Virus record (IMG/VR): IMGVR_UViG_3300027719_000004
Coordinates: 2,824-66,823 of that record
Reading direction: 5' to 3' (one strand)
Source: a virus
DNA: 64,000 nucleotides
Shown here: positions 1 to 9,790 of the stretch, piece by piece
How positions within the stretch are numbered: position 1 is the stretch's first letter
Layout of the letters: each line of letters begins with the position of its first letter
Translations under genes and position numbers: made by a program
The notes under the pieces: model-generated
Told to the model about the DNA's origin: nothing
The model's input: the letters and a program-made list of their open reading frames with translations, nothing else
Databases searched by the model: none

Positions 1-22
1 GATCAGGGATTCTATCGCCTCT

Positions 23-1447
23 ATGGCCATATCGCCCCTTGGATATAATCTAGCAAATAACCTGCGTACCGGTGTGGCTATTATGAATGACAAGCAGAGC
101 CAAGGGTACGCCTCTCTGCTTGCTTCAGGTGGCATCATCAGGTTTGGCACCATGCTTGAGGGCAAGAGCTCCAGTCACATCCAGCGACTCATAAAGGCAG
201 GGGTAGATCCCAATACCGTCCTTAGCAGCTGGGAGCATGCCAAAGGCATCATCACAAAGGGGCTCGACAAGTATAACGATCTTGGTGAGGTGTCTGAAGG
301 CGCTAACCGTGCTGCGCTCTACAAGCAGCTGAGAGATCAGGGCGTAGGTCATGCAGAAGCTGCATTCAAGGCCAGAGACCTTTTGGACTTCTCTATGGGC
401 GGAACAAGCAACGTAGTAAGGTATTTGACTACCGTTGTTCCTTTTATGAACGCCCGTATCCAAGGCCTCTACAAGCTGGGCAAGGGTGCCAAAGAAGACC
501 CTGCCAAGTTCGCCTCAGTGATAGGCGTTACTGCTTTGGCATCTATTCTGCTGATGCTGAAGTACCGTGATGATGACGAGTGGAAGAAGCGTGAGGATTG
601 GGACCGTGATAACTTCTGGTGGTTTAAGTACGACAACAAGGCGTACCGTATCCCCAAGCCATTTGAAGTTGGTGCCATAGCAACTTTGGCAGAACGCTCA
701 CTGGAGCTCATGGTAAATGATGAGTTCCATGGTAAGGACTTTGCTGACTTCATGCTCAGAACTACTGGGAACACGTTTGCCATGAACCCAGTGCCTCAGC
801 TATTTAAGCCAGCCATAGACATATACGCTAACAAGAACTCATTCACAGGAAGAGACATAGAGTCTATGGGCATGGAGAAGCTAGCCAAGTCTCAGAGACT
901 TACTGGCACTACGTCAGAGATAGCCAGATTCTTGGGCAAGGCAGAGGTGTTTTCCCCAGTCCAGATCGACCACATGGCCAAAGCCTACTTTGGGTGGCTG
1001 GGTACTGCAGCACTTACGGTATCTGACATAGCCATAAACCCTGCCATGGGCAGGCCAGAGAAAGCTGACCGGAAGCTGAGGGATACGTTCCTAGCGGGTA
1101 ACTTTGTTGAAGATCTGCCAACCGGTAGCAGCAAATATACTACCCAGTTCTACAGGCAGGCACGGGAAATAACTGAGGCATATGCCACATACCGCAACCT
1201 TGCTGAGACCGGTGACTACGAGAAGGCGGCATCTTACGCCAAGGATCATGGCAAAGAGCTAGCCACCTACAAGGCATCAAATAATATTATCGGCCAGCTT
1301 GCCAACATCAACAAGCAGATCAGGTCTGTTGAAAATGCAAGGAATATGGATGGTAAGGAAAAGCGCAGGATACTGGATCAGCTGGAGCAAGCCAAGACAT
1401 CCGTGACAGCCAGCGCAGCCAGAGGCATCAAATCAGTTTTAGGTTGA
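23..1447 (+). CDS. C-terminal part of a large polyvalent virion protein (LPD38-like domain); 5'-truncated by the window edge
   Basis: Motifs PFMNARIQG, RDNFWWF..YRIPKPFEVG, ANKNSFTGRDIE and SPVQIDH are typical of the LPD38 C-terminal domain; the frame is open from the window start. Confidence 0.8.
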   Translation: MAISPLGYNLANNLRTGVAIMNDKQSQGYASLLASGGIIRFGTMLEGKSSSHIQRLIKAGVDPNTVLSSWEHAKGIITKGLDKYNDLGEVSEGANRAALYKQLRDQGVGHAEAAFKARDLLDFSMGGTSNVVRYLTTVVPFMNARIQGLYKLGKGAKEDPAKFASVIGVTALASILLMLKYRDDDEWKKREDWDRDNFWWFKYDNKAYRIPKPFEVGAIATLAERSLELMVNDEFHGKDFADFMLRTTGNTFAMNPVPQLFKPAIDIYANKNSFTGRDIESMGMEKLAKSQRLTGTTSEIARFLGKAEVFSPVQIDHMAKAYFGWLGTAALTVSDIAINPAMGRPEKADRKLRDTFLAGNFVEDLPTGSSKYTTQFYRQAREITEAYATYRNLAETGDYEKAASYAKDHGKELATYKASNNIIGQLANINKQIRSVENARNMDGKEKRRILDQLEQAKTSVTASAARGIKSVLG

Positions 1448-1496
1448 AAACCTAACTAGTTGTATGTAACATACTGACAACTTGTTATGAGGTGAC

Positions 1497-1510
1497 ACGT
1501 CGTGATGACG
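1497..1510 (+). promoter_or_regulatory. ACGTCGTGATGACG hairpin motif overlapping the endolysin start codon
   Basis: Same 13-14 nt core occurs at 39543-39559 and 44834-44850, each at a late-gene translation start. Confidence 0.6.
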
Positions 1511-1972
1511 CAAGACCAACTTTTTAAACAAATGACCCCTGCCCTGCAAGCACTCTATGAGGCGTTCTACATGGAGATGTTTGCGGCAGGGTTGCCTTTT
1601 GAATTAAACGAAGTCCTGCGTACCAAGGCTGTTCAAATGGCCTACTATGCACAGCATCGTGGACCTCTTGCCGAAGTCAATGCAGAACGCAAACGTGCTG
1701 GCCTCTACCCTATCACCGAAGCAGACAACTCCTACTGTGTTACATGGACGCTCAACTCCCGCCACTTTGCTGGTCCTGACGGCCTTGCCCGTGCATTCGA
1801 CATAAGACTCCTTAAATACGATAAACCTCACTGGCAGACAAAGTGGGACGGTAATAAGAACAGCATCCCTGATTATCTGGAAGCTGCCCGTGTCGGTGCA
1901 TCTGTTGGACTTGAGGCTGGTGGGCTATGGCATAAGAGTGACCCGCCGCATTTCCAGTTGGACAAGATATGA
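1502..1972 (+). CDS. Endolysin, M15 family (L-Ala-D-Glu type) peptidase
   Basis: R..Q...Y, SRH......AFD and GLEAGGLW..DPPHFQ motifs; RBS GAGGTG suggests ATG 1505 as start. Confidence 0.85.
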   Translation: MMTQDQLFKQMTPALQALYEAFYMEMFAAGLPFELNEVLRTKAVQMAYYAQHRGPLAEVNAERKRAGLYPITEADNSYCVTWTLNSRHFAGPDGLARAFDIRLLKYDKPHWQTKWDGNKNSIPDYLEAARVGASVGLEAGGLWHKSDPPHFQLDKI

Positions 1973-2160
1973 AAGCCAGATTCAGGAGACTCATAGAAAC
2001 ACTGATAGCCAAGAAGTATTTGGCGTGGGCTGTCGCTACTGCCCTGCTTTGGTACGGGAAGATCTCTGGCACGGACTGGGTGATGCTCACTGGAGCCATT
2101 TTCTGTATCGACGCATACAGTAAGCAGGCCCTGCTACCAAAAGGTGTTCCCAGTGAATAA
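1969..2160 (+). CDS. Holin-like small membrane protein (2 TM)
   Basis: 63 aa, two hydrophobic segments, overlaps the endolysin stop. Confidence 0.6.
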   Translation: MKARFRRLIETLIAKKYLAWAVATALLWYGKISGTDWVMLTGAIFCIDAYSKQALLPKGVPSE

Positions 2161-2284
2161 GCCGAAGTGGTGCAAGGACTGCCATAAGTACGACAAGACC
2201 GAACGTGAATGCGTGATGGGTCCAACTAAACCTTTTAGACGAGCTTGTAAATCATACGAACCGGAGGCCACTGCTAATGCCTGA
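2153..2284 (+). CDS. Small Cys-rich protein (MNKPKWCKDCHKY...ECVM...AC)
   Basis: Translated by hand; GTG start overlaps the upstream stop and the ORF fills the gap exactly. Confidence 0.5.
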   Translation: MNKPKWCKDCHKYDKTERECVMGPTKPFRRACKSYEPEATANA

Positions 2285-2453
2285 GATCCAGAACCTGATA
2301 GCCAGTCTGTCAAACCTGACAGCTATCCTTTCCGTACTATCCTTGTTGCTTGCATTACTGATTCTTGTTGACTGCATGTTCTTGTACCGGAGGGTAACGA
2401 CCTTCGTCAAAAAGCAGAACGCCAAGGGGGTATCCAGTGACAAACTTGAGTGA
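2277..2453 (+). CDS. Small single-TM protein
   Basis: Translated by hand (MPEIQNLIASLSNLTAILSVLSLLLALLILVDC...); RBS GGAGG at ~2263. Confidence 0.55.
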   Translation: MPEIQNLIASLSNLTAILSVLSLLLALLILVDCMFLYRRVTTFVKKQNAKGVSSDKLE

Positions 2454-2835
2454 TACCACCGTCTCAATATCTTCAATCATTCAGATTCTGTCACCAGTTG
2501 CTGTCGCCGTCATAGGTGGGTCAGGCTGGATTATCAAGCGTGTTGTAGGCAAGCTGGAAGACAGCGTAGAGAAGTTGGCGGCATCCGTAGAGGACATGAA
2601 CACAAAGTGCATCAAGACTGAACGTGCGCTGCGGGTTGACAGAGAGAATGCCTTCAGGGAGTTGGACCATAAGCTGGCAGACCTGAGAACATCTTGTGAG
2701 CTGTGCCGCAAGGACCGCAGGGATGACCACGAAGACTGCGTAGATACCTATGGCAAGTTCGGGGCACGGGTTACGAAGTTGGAGACGGAGCACGCCATGC
2801 ACCACAGGGGGGCAGCATGTCCGCCAATCGTATGA
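2437..2835 (+). CDS. Membrane-anchored coiled-coil protein in the lysis cassette
   Basis: N-terminal TM followed by a charged heptad region. Confidence 0.55.
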   Translation: MTNLSDTTVSISSIIQILSPVAVAVIGGSGWIIKRVVGKLEDSVEKLAASVEDMNTKCIKTERALRVDRENAFRELDHKLADLRTSCELCRKDRRDDHEDCVDTYGKFGARVTKLETEHAMHHRGAACPPIV

Positions 2836-3086
2836 CAGATTCGTTCTGGTGGAAGCACGGGCTGAAGGTAACGGTCTTTGTGCTGTCAGTCATAGCCATG
2901 ATTGTCCTCTACATAGCCCGCAACGTAGACGACTCTTCAGCAGCAAAGCGCAGCAGGATGTCGTTCCTTGAGTACAGGCAGGATCAGGAGTCGGTCAAGA
3001 TACTGGAGCTTATCCAACGGGTAGAGGAACTTGAGCAGCAGATGCGCCGGATACACGGCAAGCCTCGCAAAGAGGCATGGGAGTAA
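2817..3086 (+). CDS. Membrane-anchored coiled-coil protein
   Basis: One TM plus a coiled-coil tail. Confidence 0.55.
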   Translation: MSANRMTDSFWWKHGLKVTVFVLSVIAMIVLYIARNVDDSSAAKRSRMSFLEYRQDQESVKILELIQRVEELEQQMRRIHGKPRKEAWE

Positions 3087-3089
3087 CCC

Positions 3090-3254
3090 ATGAAAGACGA
3101 GCTGGCTGTACTACGTGCCGAAAACCAAGACCTAACCATGAGACTAGCTGCTATCAAGACCATCCTGACAAGGGTCAACCCTGTCTGCAGTCAGAAGTTG
3201 CTGAAGCTAATCGAGGACTGCGAGGGGTGTGAAGGTGATCAGGGGAACCTGTAA
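3090..3254 (+). CDS. Small hypothetical protein
   Basis: Translated by hand; RBS GGGAG; fills the gap between neighbours. Confidence 0.5.
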   Translation: MKDELAVLRAENQDLTMRLAAIKTILTRVNPVCSQKLLKLIEDCEGCEGDQGNL

Positions 3255-3462
3255 AGACGCCTGCCCTGACTGCATAGGGTGCAAATACATACAACTGGAT
3301 GGAGATTTAGGAATGTCTGAAAAACTGGCTGGAGCGTGTGGAGATTGTTTCCTTTATTCCGAGCGTAAGAAGATTTGTCCACACGATGGCAAGTACAGAA
3401 CCAAAGTAAACGGCTGTTTCGCTCACTTCGTACCGAAAGGTAAAACCAATGGCAACGATTAA
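3229..3462 (+). CDS. Small Cys-rich protein
   Basis: 8 Cys in 77 aa, CxxC pairs. Confidence 0.5.
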   Translation: MKVIRGTCKDACPDCIGCKYIQLDGDLGMSEKLAGACGDCFLYSERKKICPHDGKYRTKVNGCFAHFVPKGKTNGND

Positions 3463-3817
3463 CCTGATAGACAGCTTTCTTCAGTTGATGCCGGTACGGT
3501 GGCTCCTGCTTGCTGTGGCTGTTGTTTCATTGGTAGTGCTGGCTGTGTCTGTAGTTAGGCAGAAAGCCCTTGGAATAGAGCTGGAGCTAGCCAAGGCTGC
3601 CAACTCTGAATACCGTGCCGCTGCCTCTGTTGCTGAAGTTAAACGCAAGGAACTGGAAGCAAAGGTAGCCGCTGCCTCTGCTGAAGTCCTGACCATCAAG
3701 GTCAGCTACGACGCACGGCTTGAGAAACTAAACAAGCAGAAGATCACCAGCACGACGTGTGCAGAGATGGTGGCTGAGTCAGTCAGGCTGTTACAGGATG
3801 AGGGCGATGCAGACTAA
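3449..3817 (+). CDS. Inner-membrane spanin (Rz-like)
   Basis: N-terminal TM, Ala/Lys/Glu coiled coil, C-terminal Cys; followed by a lipoprotein. Confidence 0.6.
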   Translation: MATINLIDSFLQLMPVRWLLLAVAVVSLVVLAVSVVRQKALGIELELAKAANSEYRAAASVAEVKRKELEAKVAAASAEVLTIKVSYDARLEKLNKQKITSTTCAEMVAESVRLLQDEGDAD

Positions 3818-3923
3818 AGAGTGTTTCGGGGATAAATGTCTTGGATGCGCTGAGTTCTTCTGCTGTGATGAGCATTTCTGGGCTGGGTGCTGGGGAGATG
3901 AAGGCGATGAAGATAGCAATTAA
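3807..3923 (+). CDS. Cys-rich acidic microprotein
   Basis: Translated by hand: MQTKECFGDKCLGCAEFFCCDEHFWAGCWGDEGDEDSN. Confidence 0.4.
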   Translation: MQTKECFGDKCLGCAEFFCCDEHFWAGCWGDEGDEDSN

Positions 3924-4152
3924 GGTGACGATCATAGCGGTGGTGTCAACGATATGTTCCGGCTGCCAGTGTTTCCGTGTCTGCCCTGACGTCCCAAAGC
4001 CACCTGTTCTGACTGCTATCCATGAGCCTTGCTACAAGCACGTTCGCAGCAGCGACCCTATCAACCAGATCCTTGAATGCTACATGAAGGACATTGTTTC
4101 ATTTGAGAAAGAAGCCAGAGAGCGTGAAGCAGCTTTAGGAGCTTATAAGTAA
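3907..4152 (+). CDS. Outer-membrane spanin (Rz1-like lipoprotein)
   Basis: Signal peptide with lipobox ICSG|C, Pro-rich segment, extra Cys; implies a diderm host. Confidence 0.6.
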   Translation: MKIAIKVTIIAVVSTICSGCQCFRVCPDVPKPPVLTAIHEPCYKHVRSSDPINQILECYMKDIVSFEKEAREREAALGAYK

Positions 4153-4224
4153 ATGGCAACTACACTAAACCAAGACTCGATGTGGGATTACTCACACATG
4201 AAAAGTCAAAACGGAGATACTTAA

Positions 4225-4647
4225 ATGGCAACCATAACAAAAGTTCAGGATTTCAGTGAGCAACTGGCTAGGGGCACCCACCAGATAGGCACTCATACGT
4301 TCAAGTTGGCTTTGTGCTCCGCAGCTCCAGCAGCTACCAACACACAACTCAGCAACCTAACGCAGATTGCGTACACCAACATCACTGGTGGTGTGGCTCC
4401 AACCGTGACCATTGGTATAAGTGAGGCATCTGGCACAACAACCGTTACTGGCAATCAAGTAGTAATTACAGCGACAGGGGCAGTACCAACCTTCCAATAT
4501 TACGCTCTCTATAACGACACGGCTGCCAACAAGAACCTCGTCTGTTTTTGGGATCATGGGTCAGCAGTCACTTTGGCAAGTGGTGATTCTTTCACGGTTA
4601 AATTTAATGACGTCGTTTCTGGCGGCACTATCTTCACTTTGGCATAA
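4225..4647 (+). CDS. Virion structural protein (tail-associated)
   Basis: Thr/Ala-rich beta protein with FKLAL, YALYNDT and DHGSAVTLASGDSFTV motifs common in phage tail modules. Confidence 0.6.
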   Translation: MATITKVQDFSEQLARGTHQIGTHTFKLALCSAAPAATNTQLSNLTQIAYTNITGGVAPTVTIGISEASGTTTVTGNQVVITATGAVPTFQYYALYNDTAANKNLVCFWDHGSAVTLASGDSFTVKFNDVVSGGTIFTLA

Positions 4648-4657
4648 GGGGGCATCT

Positions 4658-4816
4658 ATGATTCGCAGCGTAAAACTTATAGCCGCCCTGCCTGAAGAAC
4701 TTGAAGCCGTTCTGCCGATTGACAGGGTGGTGGAGATTGACGAATCAGGACGATGCAACCTTGCAGATACTCAGTTTGTCATTACTGATGATCTGATTCT
4801 GGAGGTAGTGGCATGA
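4658..4816 (+). CDS. Small hypothetical protein
   Basis: RBS GGGGG before ATG 4658; coupled to the next gene. Confidence 0.5.
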   Translation: MIRSVKLIAALPEELEAVLPIDRVVEIDESGRCNLADTQFVITDDLILEVVA

Positions 4817-5151
4817 ACGGGATACCAATAAAGGGTGCTGACACCAACACCTATATTACCCGCACAGAAACCGGGTCAGACGGTAAAGAGACGCAAGTCG
4901 TAGTCGGGCAATCAGACGGTTTTCTGCGTCGCCTTTTTCGCACGCTCTCCCGGCTGACGTTTGATGTTTCTGGCCAGTTGCGAACAGCCGTTGCAGGTTC
5001 AGTATCAGTCAGCTCTGGCACAGTAACCACAGTGACCACTATGACAACGGGTAACGTAGGTTTCAGCGACATGGGTAAACCTGCCACAGCCATGGTAGTC
5101 AGCAGACAACTGGCCGCAGTCAGCACAAAAGCAAACCTTCGGAGGCCATAA
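4813..5151 (+). CDS. Tail-associated hypothetical protein
   Basis: Thr/Val-rich; coupled to the next gene. Confidence 0.5.
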   Translation: MNGIPIKGADTNTYITRTETGSDGKETQVVVGQSDGFLRRLFRTLSRLTFDVSGQLRTAVAGSVSVSSGTVTTVTTMTTGNVGFSDMGKPATAMVVSRQLAAVSTKANLRRP

Positions 5152-6582
5152 ATGGACATGATAAACGATAACATACGCATTACCAACCTGCCGGAATGGG
5201 AGCAGATGAACTTTGCCCCTGCAACAGGTATCGCTGGAACCAACATCGTTGACGACAATAAACGCTATATTTATGAGTATTTCCAAACATCAGCCACAGC
5301 AGCGCAATTCTGGCGGTACGACACATGGACGGACACGTATCAGCAGCTTGCTACACCTCCAACACAGACCGGCACAGTTGCAAATATGACATACACAGAA
5401 GGCGAGGGTGGACAATGGTCAGGCCGCACCTTTGGGGCTGTATATCTGTTTGTTGGCAATGGGACGATCTGCTACCTGTACCGTTACAATGTCGCAACTA
5501 ACACATGGAGTGCAGCACTCAGCACCACAGGCATACCGGCGGCATTTGCTACAGACTGCTATCTGATGCACCCCGGTCCATCCCGTAACGGTTGGGAGGG
5601 TGGTTATCATTCTGGCGTATTGCGTACCATTACGCTGGGGGCTGGCGTAGCAGTAGGAGCAACAACGGCAACGGTAGGGGCATTGGCAGAGGCTATGCCA
5701 TCTGGAGCACGTCTCAGGTTTGGCACGTTTGCCGTTACCTTGTCAGCAGCCGTGGTACGTGGTGCAACAACGCTGGCAGTTACAGCACTTCCACAGGGTA
5801 TTGGAGCAGGAACAGTAATGATGACCGCCGGTGGTGATGATGTAATTGTCAGTTCCAACGTTGCAGCCGGAGCCACCAGCGTCCCTGTGTATCCAATCCT
5901 GAGAGGCATGGCAAGCGGAACAGTCATTACTGTTGAGCAGTTTGTCGTATTGACAGCCGCAGCCGCAGCAGCCGCCACCAGCATCACCATAGCTGCCGCA
6001 CTCTACACTATCACCACAGGTTCCACAGCCCCGTATTACGGGCAGATGTATCTGGTAGGGAACAATGCAACGGTTATGTACAGGTACAACAAGGGTGCAA
6101 ATGCTTGGTATACGACATCAGCAAACAGCGGTAACCCTGCTATTCCAGCTGTGACTGGTTCAGCCGGTGCAGGGTGTGCCTTAAAATGGTTGCCAGCCTT
6201 TGCACTAGATAAATTGTGGTGTCTGCGAGGAGGTGCCACAGCCACAGCATATGTTTATGATCTGGTGGCAAACAGCTGGACAACTGAGACATTCTATCCA
6301 AACACGGAAACATTCACTACAGGCACAACCGTTGCCTCTCGTTCTGTTGCCGGAAAGCAGACCACGCTTCTAATCCAAAAAGATGCAACTATGAGAATCT
6401 ATGAGGGTAACCCGGCTAAAAACACGCTTGAGCCAGCATTTACGCAGTTTATCTACCCAACAGGAGCAGCAGTCGTGGGCGATAAAGCGACCTGCATCGT
6501 GTCGCCGGACGGGCTGGAATACTATTACATGCTGCTGCCATCATCTGCTGCGTTTCTGCGTACTCTGCTACTGGATAGATAA
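5152..6582 (+). CDS. Putative receptor-binding protein, kelch-like beta-propeller with inserted Ala/Thr-rich domains
   Basis: Repeated FWRYD/LYRYN/MYRYN/YVYDL..NxW blade motifs. Confidence 0.6.
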   Translation: MDMINDNIRITNLPEWEQMNFAPATGIAGTNIVDDNKRYIYEYFQTSATAAQFWRYDTWTDTYQQLATPPTQTGTVANMTYTEGEGGQWSGRTFGAVYLFVGNGTICYLYRYNVATNTWSAALSTTGIPAAFATDCYLMHPGPSRNGWEGGYHSGVLRTITLGAGVAVGATTATVGALAEAMPSGARLRFGTFAVTLSAAVVRGATTLAVTALPQGIGAGTVMMTAGGDDVIVSSNVAAGATSVPVYPILRGMASGTVITVEQFVVLTAAAAAAATSITIAAALYTITTGSTAPYYGQMYLVGNNATVMYRYNKGANAWYTTSANSGNPAIPAVTGSAGAGCALKWLPAFALDKLWCLRGGATATAYVYDLVANSWTTETFYPNTETFTTGTTVASRSVAGKQTTLLIQKDATMRIYEGNPAKNTLEPAFTQFIYPTGAAVVGDKATCIVSPDGLEYYYMLLPSSAAFLRTLLLDR

Positions 6583-7451
6583 TGCTTTTAGCTCTCTATC
6601 CAGCGTGGGGTCCACAAGAAGGTACGGCACAGGACATAATCAGTGTTGCGGCTGTATCTTCTTTAGACCTTATTGGTGCAGACGCAGGTAGCTTAATTGC
6701 TTATAGCTCACAAGCTATTATCAGCATCGCTGATTCTACGAACCTCGCAGTATCAGCAATAAGCGCGACGGATAAAAGAGATTCAATAAGTAATACAGCT
6801 ACATCTTCATTCACAATAACCGGATCTGCTGTAACGGCCGTCAGGGCAATAAATTCAAACGCCGAGCTAACGGCATTATTGTTGGCTGGGACGTCGACAG
6901 TAGACGCAAGAGGGTTCGCTTCAAACGCCTCTTTTACGTCTTTAACTCTGGCTGGACAGAGCGCCACAGGCTCACGATCTATAGCTTCAAATGCCGCTCT
7001 TGCAGAGTTACTGCTATCTGGCCAGAGTGCTTTAGATTTATCCGCTTTTGCTTCAAATGCAGGGGCTGGGTTATTTGCTATAAGTGGGTTCAGCGCCAGC
7101 AGCGATAGGTCATTACTGTCAGGTGCTAATTACGCAACAGAAGTATTAAGTTTGTTTGATGCTACAGATGGCCTTACGTCTAGCAGTCAAGCAGCTTATA
7201 CGCAAATAACCATAAACTACAATGGCGTTAGGAGCACGCGGTCATTACACTCTGCTGCTCTTAGTATTGGTTATGAGTTTTCTGGGACTCGACCGGGGAA
7301 AGCTGTTGATGAGATTAGGTTCACCATTGACCCACCAGTAGAGGTAGCTGTTTCAGTTTCGCCAGTTTCGGTGGCAATAGCCCACCAAGAAGTTGTTGTT
7401 TCGGCAAATGCACAAGTGAAGACAATAAATGTTACGCAAGGAGAAAGCTGA
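6582..7451 (+). CDS. Ala/Ser-rich repetitive tail-associated protein
   Basis: ~25-aa repeats SNA....L.L.G.SA. Confidence 0.55.
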   Translation: MLLALYPAWGPQEGTAQDIISVAAVSSLDLIGADAGSLIAYSSQAIISIADSTNLAVSAISATDKRDSISNTATSSFTITGSAVTAVRAINSNAELTALLLAGTSTVDARGFASNASFTSLTLAGQSATGSRSIASNAALAELLLSGQSALDLSAFASNAGAGLFAISGFSASSDRSLLSGANYATEVLSLFDATDGLTSSSQAAYTQITINYNGVRSTRSLHSAALSIGYEFSGTRPGKAVDEIRFTIDPPVEVAVSVSPVSVAIAHQEVVVSANAQVKTINVTQGES

Positions 7452-7768
7452 TGCGTATCACTCGCAAACAAGGCAACTCACTCTGGTTGAATGTGCCCGG
7501 TACAGGCTTCGACCTCATAGATACTGAATGGGATAACTGGTCTGGAGTATATGCGCTGAAGGACAGTGCTGGAGTATCCGTCCTGTCTGGCAGCCTGAGT
7601 AAAGACCCAGTAGAATTTGCAATGTTCTACCTGCATCTAGGTGGAGCTGTAATGAGTTCTATTGATGTGGGGCTATATAAGCTGGTGTTTGAGGTGCGAA
7701 ACACTACGGTTGATTATGTGCAAGAGATGAGGCCAGTCGAGCTTGCAATAGCGGAGCAGGACATTTGA
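7451..7768 (+). CDS. Ig-like/baseplate-adaptor-like protein
   Basis: ITRKQG start and G.YKL.FEV motif typical of BppU-N-like domains. Confidence 0.45.
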   Translation: MRITRKQGNSLWLNVPGTGFDLIDTEWDNWSGVYALKDSAGVSVLSGSLSKDPVEFAMFYLHLGGAVMSSIDVGLYKLVFEVRNTTVDYVQEMRPVELAIAEQDI

Positions 7769-7911
7769 AGCTTGGGATAGGCATAGCAGAGATCAAGGTA
7801 TCCTTGTCTGTGATACCGAAACTGGTCGCAGTTATCAATTTTCTGAAGGGGCTACTCACTGAAAACGGACAGTCGCTTAAAACAGAATCTGGGGAGACAC
7901 TGATACCATGA
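7765..7911 (+). CDS. Small protein with LLTENG.SL.TESG motif
   Basis: Translated by hand from TTG 7765; motif common in tail-fibre anchors; coupled on both sides. Confidence 0.5.
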   Translation: MKLGIGIAEIKVSLSVIPKLVAVINFLKGLLTENGQSLKTESGETLIP

Positions 7912-8636
7912 GTGACGGAGTAAAAATATCAGCTCTACCTGCTGCAGATGCGCCCACTACGGATGACGTATTCCCTGTTGTGCAGGGTGGGGTCACAAAG
8001 CGCTTGGCTTTGTCTGCTGCTTCTGTCCCCTATGGTAATGGTACCGTGGCCTCTGCTCTGGACCAGCTTCTCTACGTCGCCCCTTCAGCCTCATTCAGCC
8101 TGTCTGTTGGCACAGTAGAGATAGGCAGCACCGTGTCCTCAGTAACGGCTACGTGGTCATTCAACAAGACTATGATCAGCGCCACCCTGACCGATACGAC
8201 CATAACCCCTGCAGATACTACGCACCTATTCAGTGGGCTTTCTCTGGTCAGCAATAAGACCTATGTTCTGGGCTTCAATGACGGGACCACAAGCGGCAGC
8301 GCATCACGGACTGTAGCGTTCTCACCTAAAAGGTATTGGGGTATTAGTGCTAACACGTCACTTGCAGATGCAGACATCATTGCCATGTCGCAGGAGTTTA
8401 GTTCCAGCAAGAGCAAGTCGGTTTCCTATGACTGTTCAGGCGGCAAATACTTTTACTTCTGTTATCCATCCAGCAGCGGCCTTCCTGCCAACGTAACTGT
8501 CGGTGGGCTAGCCTTCTCTGATTACACGGTATCTACACAGGGCTTCACCAACGCCTCTGGCTACACACAGAACTACAACGTGGTCAGGTGTAACAACATC
8601 CAAACCGGATCTGCAATTAGTGTGGTGTGGGCATGA
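7908..8636 (+). CDS. Tail fibre-associated protein
   Basis: KISALPAA....DDVFPVVQGGVTKR anchor motif; C-terminal YFYFCYP domain. Confidence 0.6.
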   Translation: MSDGVKISALPAADAPTTDDVFPVVQGGVTKRLALSAASVPYGNGTVASALDQLLYVAPSASFSLSVGTVEIGSTVSSVTATWSFNKTMISATLTDTTITPADTTHLFSGLSLVSNKTYVLGFNDGTTSGSASRTVAFSPKRYWGISANTSLADADIIAMSQEFSSSKSKSVSYDCSGGKYFYFCYPSSSGLPANVTVGGLAFSDYTVSTQGFTNASGYTQNYNVVRCNNIQTGSAISVVWA

Positions 8637-8998
8637 GTAATTTATCAGGAACCAACCTAGCCGCCAAGATAGTGCCGTTCACCACTGACGATACCTACCC
8701 TACCCATGACGCACTGTATGGTAAGGGTGGTCATAGGGAAGTGGCAACACTGGTGGAGCGTGACAGCATACCTGAAGCGCGCAGAACACTTGGTATGCTG
8801 GTATATGTTGGAGAAACTGACGACACGTACAAGTTGGCTGCAGGTGGATGGACGTCATTTGTTGTGAGCGGCGGGACTCCAACCTCTTCAACTTCGTTTG
8901 TTCCTGTTGTGTCGCAAGCGTCTGGGGCGCAAGAGCCAAGCCTTGTGTTTGAGTATAACGAGCATGGTCATCTTGACCTTGTGCTGGAGGTGTTATGA
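8633..8998 (+). CDS. Tail fibre-associated protein
   Basis: GG..EVATLVERDSIPEARR.LGMLVYV motif. Confidence 0.55.
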   Translation: MSNLSGTNLAAKIVPFTTDDTYPTHDALYGKGGHREVATLVERDSIPEARRTLGMLVYVGETDDTYKLAAGGWTSFVVSGGTPTSSTSFVPVVSQASGAQEPSLVFEYNEHGHLDLVLEVL

Positions 8999-9780
8999 GT
9001 GTGCATAGAGATTTAGTTGGGGATCAGGTACACGTTCCTCATGCGTGGGAGTACGCTGACGCTACTGCGAGGCTGGCAGCTTCTGGGTTCATTGCCAATG
9101 ATGCGAAGAAGCTGGCCTTACAGCTATCTGACAACACGTTCTGGATATTGCTTACGCACAGCCCTGCAACTTGGACTGCTATGGGCGGAATGCCTCAATC
9201 AGTTTCTGACCACGTTGCCAGCACCAGTAACCCCCACGGGGTGACAGCCGCCCAGACTGGAGCAGCTACCGCAGCCCACAACCACGTGGGGATATACGAA
9301 CCAGCCGATGCTAACATCCAAAGCCATATCAGCTCTATTAGCAATCCTCATTCGGTAACTGCGGCACAGGTAGGGGCAGCTACAGCAATCCATAACCATG
9401 ACACGGCATATGAGCCTGTCGGGTCTGCAGCGGCGGCGGTGGCAGCACTTATTGACGCTTCTCCTGCTACGCTTAATACCCTGAACGAATTGGCAGCAGC
9501 CCTTGGCGATGACCCCAACTTTGCAACCACTATCACCACATCAATAGCCGCTAAACAAGCAACCCTCGTTTCTGGCACAAACATCAAAACAGTAAACGGG
9601 GCATCGCTGCTTGGTTCTGGGGATATTGTAATTGAAGGTGGAACAGGAGGGGCAACAGTTGTGTTTCCATTTTATAAAGCAGATGGGTCAAGTGATGCAA
9701 TAGCCCTAATAGGCGGCTCGGCTCTTCCATTCTACAAATCAGATGGCAACACAGATAACATAACCCTTGTAACACTTTAG
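8995..9780 (+). CDS. Tail fibre protein
   Basis: NPH.VTAAQ.GAA...HNH repeats, ASPATLNTLNELAAALGDDPNF and LVSGTNIKTVNG fibre motifs. Confidence 0.75.
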   Translation: MSVHRDLVGDQVHVPHAWEYADATARLAASGFIANDAKKLALQLSDNTFWILLTHSPATWTAMGGMPQSVSDHVASTSNPHGVTAAQTGAATAAHNHVGIYEPADANIQSHISSISNPHSVTAAQVGAATAIHNHDTAYEPVGSAAAAVAALIDASPATLNTLNELAAALGDDPNFATTITTSIAAKQATLVSGTNIKTVNGASLLGSGDIVIEGGTGGATVVFPFYKADGSSDAIALIGGSALPFYKSDGNTDNITLVTL

Positions 9781-9790
9781 GAGGATAATC

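Noticed and set aside
2153-2284. c-type cytochrome from the CKDCH motif
   Set aside because: 43-aa ORF without a signal peptide; two further Cys suggest a Zn site
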